Source: Trichinella spiralis
Lineage: Eukaryota
Assembly (NCBI RefSeq): GCF_000181795.1
Contig: NW_003526948.1
Span: 1,868,785-1,928,306, forward strand
DNA length: 59,522 bases
Reading direction: 5' to 3'
A program made the position numbers and the translations under genes. Every line of letters begins with the position of its first letter. Positions within the stretch are counted from its first letter, which is position 1. The notes under the pieces were generated by a model. That model was not told the origin of the DNA, did not search any database, and saw nothing but the letters and a program-made list of their open reading frames with translations. Below, in pieces: positions 49,477-59,522 of the stretch.

Positions 49477-52146
49477 CTATGCTTTTTCTGATGGGACGGA
49501 TTCAGCTACGACTTTTATCGGATGCCCCAACTGCTTCGGTATACCAAATGCAACAATCTAAAATAGAGCACGCAATAACAGAATCGCAAATATATAAATG
49601 TTACTTGAATTGCACTAGACGGATGGACTTCAGTTTTTGTTTTGGTCGATAAAATAAAGTTCTGTGATTTTTCAAATGAAAATTCAATTTGTTCTTCATT
49701 ATTCAAATTCTAAATGAATATAGCGTATGGTAATGCGTTCAGATGCTGACGTGTACTTTACAAGCGTTACTTTGCTTTCAAAAAGAATTGCAGCAAATTC
49801 ATTTCTTTCATACAAAAGTAATTTGTAAGTGTCACTTTCATGCAGAATATGGTGGAAATTTTCTGAAAGAAAATGGCACAATGCTTGCCATTTTCCGCTG
49901 CTTATAGTTTGAATATGGAGCACCTCGATTTGTTCAATCGCTACTTTGCTGGATATTCGAATGGAAAATGGGCAGACCGAAAAAAAAATTTTTTTAAGTA
50001 TTGTACGACTGTGAAGCAACAAAAATCTTATAAATTCGATTTATTACTTCATCTAGTTCCAGCTTGTAATTGCAGCCCATCGATTCAAGTGACAGCCACA
50101 TATCTGTTGTGTCTGATTTGCAATCTTCGGCTTCCATTTCATGAAGCTCAAGGAAGTCTCGAAGAGTGAGTTCTTCATTTTTCAAATCAAAGTGTTCTAT
50201 AGATTAAAATTAGAAAATAAAACGAAAGATAGCTCGCTTTTCTGAATTGTTCAATTTCAAATACCTTGAATGACATTCCATTCTTCATCGCTTACAGTTT
50301 CATCGCCTGTACGGATGTTGTACAGATTGAACTCTTCTCGAGTAAGCGTTCCGTTGTTGTCCAAGTCGCAGAGATCAAAAATGTTCATCAAAGCAAGTCT
50401 TGAATTTCAAACAAATACAACACAAACAGCAATTTATGTTGACAATACGTTTTTTACTTCATTTCTTTGGTCAAGCAAGGCTTTCCAGCTCTGTCAACTT
50501 TCAGAAGTGGCACTTTATTTTTCTCGCTTTCAATTGTCTTTCTAGGCTTGAACAGACACTGTGTCGTAAATGGGACAATAATATATCTGCCTGCAGGTAA
50601 TTGTTGGTGAATAATAGATTTTCCCTGAAAATGTTTGGCTAGTAAATCATTCCTGAACTTGATCCGTGCATAATTCTTCTTTTCCACTGAACAGTCAGTT
50701 GAATACTGAAATTATCATATTACACAAGAATTGAATCTCACCTGCGATGTATCACTGTCAGTTGCTGATAACTGCACAACACGGTCATCTTCATCATAAA
50801 TGATAATCCACACGTCAACTGTCTGCATAGGTTTGGTGTCAAACGCTCCTAAAACAGAAAATCTGATTTAATAACTTCAAATTATTAGATACTGATAAAA
50901 ATAGAAGTGTCGCTGAAGTTCAATTCAAAGCTCAGCTGTAATTGAACTTATAAATATGTACAATACACAGAATTAAGCATCGCAAACGGATAGATATTTA
51001 TTCATTTTAATATATGGAAATCAGAAGGTATATAAAAAACTGAATTAATAATTCTGAAAAAAATCAATGTAAAATATTCAATCATTATGGAAATAACTAT
51101 AAGAAATTTAAAAAAATGTATATGAGAGAAACTAACCAGCAAGATGTTGAATTTCAATTGTAATATTTTGCAGTTCAACATTTGTTATTCTGTACTGATG
51201 ACTGGAAATTATCGTTTGGTTTTCAATATGATCGAGTACAAAAAATCCTCTACGCTCCACGCAATTCTGCAATAAAATACACGTTTCAGTGATGCTTGGA
51301 AATTCAAGAAAGTACTTTTCTTTAATAACTGCACCGCTATAATGTAAAATTACCATCGTATCATTTGCATCGTCGTTGTTACCGTCGTCATTAGGAGACA
51401 ATTCTTTTTAAAAAATGAAAATCAATGTGGAACATATGAAATTTTTATGAAAATAATAAACCAACTTGTTTCATCCTTTTTCAGCATTTTGTAATTGGCC
51501 AAAGATAGTTGTTTCAGCTCATTTATAGCCTCTTCATAGCAAATAATAAGCTGAAAGAGAAATCTAGATGTAACTTTGATACATCCTTAAATGTAGCGCG
51601 TACTTTATTGTATTCTATGGACTGTTCACCATCATCTGAATCGACTTTTGAATTTAATGCGTCAATTTCAAAGTCCATCAATTGCGAATTATTCTTTTAA
51701 TAAATGAACAAGCATAAAAGTTACGTTTAATTCAATTTTTTCATACTTCAGTCATCAAGGCGTTCAATTTGGAAATGCTGATTGTACCACAGTTGGATTT
51801 ATCGAAGCATCGAAAAGCATCGCGCAACGTATCCTCTTTAACGGGTTTTATCATTTTAAATATTTCACAAAACGTCAAAAAACTGAATGCTGAAATTTAA
51901 TTTGCCAATAGTTAAATTTCAAGACCATATGAGAACATTTTGATATTGCTATCAAATATTTTAAAACAAATGCACTAATCACTTACGGCATTCTTCACTT
52001 TTAGGTAAATCATCAATTGATGGACTGCAGCCAGCCACTTGCAATGCTTGCAGAAGCTCATCAACAGTTTTTAAATCACATGACAAGCTACCTTTTATTA
52101 AAACAAAAGCAATTTCCGCTTCTTTTTCATCAGAAGTTTCCATCAT
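49477..52146 (-). CDS. EFCAB7: EF-hand calcium-binding domain protein 7 (ciliary), multi-exon
   Basis: ELLQALQVAGCSPS; FLTFCEIFKMIKP..LRDAFRCFDKSNCGTIS (exon 51747-51889); VDSDGEQSIEYNK (51604-51693); LPAGRYIIVPFTTQC; IFDLCDLDNNGTLTREEFNLYNIRTGDETVSDEEW; LTLRDFLELHEMEA..DMWLSLESMGCN. Last exon ends VPSEKA* at 49477. The start could also be 52176 or 52194. Confidence 0.9.
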
Positions 52147-52212
52147 CTCAGTTTCTGAATAAGTAAACGCGGCCATTACGTTTATTGAACACATACATAC
52201 CAGACGCTAACC

Positions 52213-52226
52213 AGCACCATGACAAC
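52213..52226 (-). promoter_or_regulatory. Imperfect X-box (RFX/DAF-19 site) upstream of EFCAB7
   Basis: GTTGTCATGGTGCT on the minus strand matches GTHNYY-AT-RRN but not the terminal AAC; about 70 bp upstream of the ATG of a ciliary gene. Confidence 0.45.
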
Positions 52227-53343
52227 CAAACAAACATTAAGTAAACTGTGTATTGTTCCATTTTGCTTCTTTAGTATTTATTTTAAATGATAATTAATAT
52301 TTTTCAAAAGATAAATTGAGTCATTTTTAAAAAATAAAATAAAATAAAATAAAAATAATTATTGTATGTCAGTTGATAAAATGCTGAGAGTATTTCCATA
52401 TTTCAGAATAAAAGTTTCTACCAACCACATAGTGAGAGTTCATGCACTTAAAACATGCACTTGGCAAAGACTGCTTTTAAAAACATTCTTAATAAAATTT
52501 ATTAAATGTGATCAATTCAAATTATTAAAAAATTTTTTAAAAATTATTCTCTCGTATTTTACAAGATAATATAACAAGCCAAATGGACGCAGAAAATTTT
52601 TTAAACTTATGCCTAAAGTTTATTTAAAAAAATAAAAATGATTGGTGAATTATATTTTTCAATATATTGCAACGGTTTTAAAAAAATTTATTTTTAAAAC
52701 ACATTTGTTGACACTTTTTGACACCTCAACTTTTGTTTTCACTTAAACCTGCAAATCATTAATAGAACAGTTATTTTCTGTACTGTCACGATGCTTTGAA
52801 TATGAAAGAATGCAGTTTTCAAGGTGTTCGTATTTACTCTACGACTGTTAAGATTAGAATATTTTCAAATTTTCAATTATCTAAACACCGTCAACTGCAT
52901 TTTTATTGAATGCCTTTATTTGAATAACTATATTAATTAATTATACAAGTCAAATTTCTACTGCTTGTTTATTTTGAGTTGCTCTTGTTATGCGGCAGTT
53001 TTTTTCAATTTTGGCTTATTTGATTCTGTGTTTGGATGAAATCATTTATCCACTGAAACAGGTAAAAGACTAATAAATTACTGACTGAAAAGTTTTGCGC
53101 CATTCAGGTGTTTCTACCTTTAAGCAGCAGAACTATATTTATTTACTGTTATGCTTTTATAGCTTTCTTGTTTTCATGAAGCTCGGAAAGTTCTTTTGTA
53201 CTTTTACTGCTGTGACCTTTTATAATTTGCGCTATTTCATATCGCAATACATGTTCGAAATTTTATATCTTTCACTTTGCTTTTATCTCACGTGCTAAGT
53301 TTAATTTGATTTGAAGTAAAACTTTTAGTCCGAACTGTGATAA

Positions 53344-57320
<3,977 letters not shown>

Positions 57321-57457
57321 GTTGAACCAAAATTTATGATAGATATTTCAATGAAGTTTTCACCATTACATTTTTTATTTGAAAATAATTGCAGCTATGC
57401 TTTTATTTCCAATACGGATTATGCGAAATTTAAATAAAATCTTATTTGTTATTCATG

Positions 57458-57459
<2 letters not shown>

Positions 57460-57509
<50 letters not shown>

Positions 57510-57562
57510 TTATTTATTTATTTATTATTTATTTATATATTTATATATATATACATATATAT
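57460..57562. repeat. (AT)n and (ATTT)n microsatellite in the aPKC 3' region
   Basis: Directly visible. Confidence 0.9.
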
Positions 57563-58299
57563 TCTGCATTTATACAATTTGTTTGTCGAGCTTTTTCTTT
57601 TTTGATTTTTACCAATCTATATAGCAACTATTAATTGGTAATAAACTTAAAATTTTAGGTGTTTCTATTTCTACTACTCATTGTGTTTCACATGAACAAG
57701 AGAAACTCCAGTTATCCAAAACAACAGAAAATTGCATATCAGTTTTGTGAGTGCTAAACAATGTAGTGACAATTATTTGTGAAAATTCTTTTTCAGTACA
57801 ATATGTTGTGATGTAACAAAGTAAAATGTAATTCCCTCTCCACAGTTTCATTCAATTTACATCGAAAAACTTGAAAAAGAACCATATAGCATGTTAAGAA
57901 TTGCTAAGAAATTTTTTGACGAAACCTTATCGTTTCAGTCTGGATTTTGTTACGGTGAATTTCACAAAAATCTGCAACTTCAGAAATCAAAATGTTACCA
58001 TGCATATTAAAGGTGCATAAATGTTCAAAAACTGCATCACTATTTGTGAGCACACACCAGACAGATTCATGAAGAAGGAAAATGTAAAGCATGATCAAAA
58101 TGTAACGAGAAACCACAATAGATTCATTTCATATATGAATGAATAATGTATGTTGGAAGAAATAGCGAAAATAAAAGATATTACAGGTATGCTTCAATTA
58201 CCACCAATTCACCAAACGGATTTTGTACTTGCTTACTAAGGGATTTTTACTCGAAGATAATTTTTTCTTCACTTTTACGAAATATTAACTACGTAATGG

Positions 58300-59010
58300 C
58301 CAACAAGGAATAAATGACCTCTAAATTTCGCAGTTTCCCCAACATAATACGTTGGTAACATGCCATTTTTTTCAGAATACCTAGAGAAATACGCAACCAG
58401 GAATGCTGCCGGTAAATTTAATATAGTTGTCTAACTGTTCCTGCTCGATTCAAACGGATTCAAGCCATATTGGAGAAAAACGTTTGTCCAACAATTTCGA
58501 AATTTTGCGGGCTACAGAATTTGCCTGTTTCGCAATAAAAGGGTTCTCAAAATTTCGTATTTTTAAATCATTATACACTTAAACAGATATCTTATAGATC
58601 TATGTAGAATTTCATCGGAAACTGCCTATTAGTCCTGGAAGAATGGGAATCAAGATTTGGCACGGCCTGCCTTAATTCATAGCACAGCTTTCCACGTTTC
58701 TTGCTATATCTCGAGAAATAAGCAACCGGTAAAGAAAATGATACGTTTATTCCATTTCCCCATTCGTTCGGCTTCGGTTAAAGTCCATACAGGCCATTTT
58801 GGGCGAAAAACGTTTTTCTCGAAAATTTCGAAATTTCATGGACTATAGACTTGGTTGCTTTTGCAGAAATCGGCGAAAATTTTGATTTCAAAATTTGCAA
58901 TTTTTTTGATTGTAATAATTTCATATTGATAAAAGAAAGTGTTTTCTAGAGTTTCAACGCAAACTTTTCGGTCGTAGTGTAATAAATGGCCGCGAAAGTT
59001 GGAATACTGT
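58300..59010. repeat. Degenerate tandem repeat, about 2 copies of a ~330-340 bp unit
   Basis: Anchors gagaaata(c/a)gcaacc at 58384/58713 (offset 329), gaaaaacgttt..aatttcgaaattt at 58475/58805 (offset 330), and taga(a/g)tttca(t/a)cg(g/c)aaact at ~58605/~58947. Confidence 0.75.
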
Positions 59011-59522
59011 CTCGCTTAATACATGGGTGTGCTTCCCACATTTAAAGTGATTCGCAGGCGGAACTCTAAATGTGAAGGCTGGCCACTGGTTGCTGTATGT
59101 AGCTCCATGTGCAATTTCCAAGCTGTCACTACGGCCATATTAAACGAATGTGAAATGGCGGGTAACCAGATAACATTTTATCCAACACATCCACACCACC
59201 CATATATTTGTTCCACTGCAGTACGATGCTTGGCTCTGCAACATCGAAACAAAAGGCGTGCCTCTAGGGAAGTACAATGCATTATTGAATTCCTTCGCCA
59301 TATATGGAAGCAGTATTGTAATTACAATAATTAATCTGTATTAATTACAACACTCCCAATTTACGCAATTGATTATTTAATGAGATATTTGGCAAAACTG
59401 CATGACAGCAACGGTGTCATTTACAGAGGGAAATAATGCAAAACTGCACAAAATTTTCAATTCATTCTGCTCATTGTAATTAATTCTCATATCTATATTG
59501 TTTTACGCATCATATTACGCAC

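Noticed and set aside
57904..58116. 70-aa minus-strand ORF with a hydrophobic N-terminus
   Set aside because: GTG start, no convincing splice partners or family features.

Overview
Gene-dense, AT-rich eukaryotic genomic DNA with many 50-100 nt GT-AG introns (TTTTAG/TTTCAG acceptors) and (AT)n microsatellites. It is a nematode, most likely clade I such as Trichinella (inferred from composition, intron style and gene content; not verified by search). Spliced gene models read by hand, in order: ARID2/swsn-7 (-), COA3 (-), hnRNP M/MYEF2-like (+, last exon not found), an intronless ATP synthase coupling factor 6 with a long acidic tail (+), BLTP1/KIAA1109/lpd-3 (+, about 4048 aa), a 5-exon 111-aa orphan gene missed by the ORF track (-) with a Buster/Charlie-type hAT element in its last intron, CABIN1 (+), a 2-exon 7TM receptor (+), EFCAB7 (-) and atypical PKC (+, one GC-AG intron). 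The window ends in a degenerate ~330-bp tandem repeat. The main anomaly is a ~3.6-kb block (12.3-15.9 kb) with coding-like minus-strand composition but no intact reading frame; gene structure breaks off at both of its edges. I found no tRNA, rRNA or CRISPR features and cannot claim a clearly new biological system. The orphan gene, the anomalous block and the extended CF6 are the best leads.
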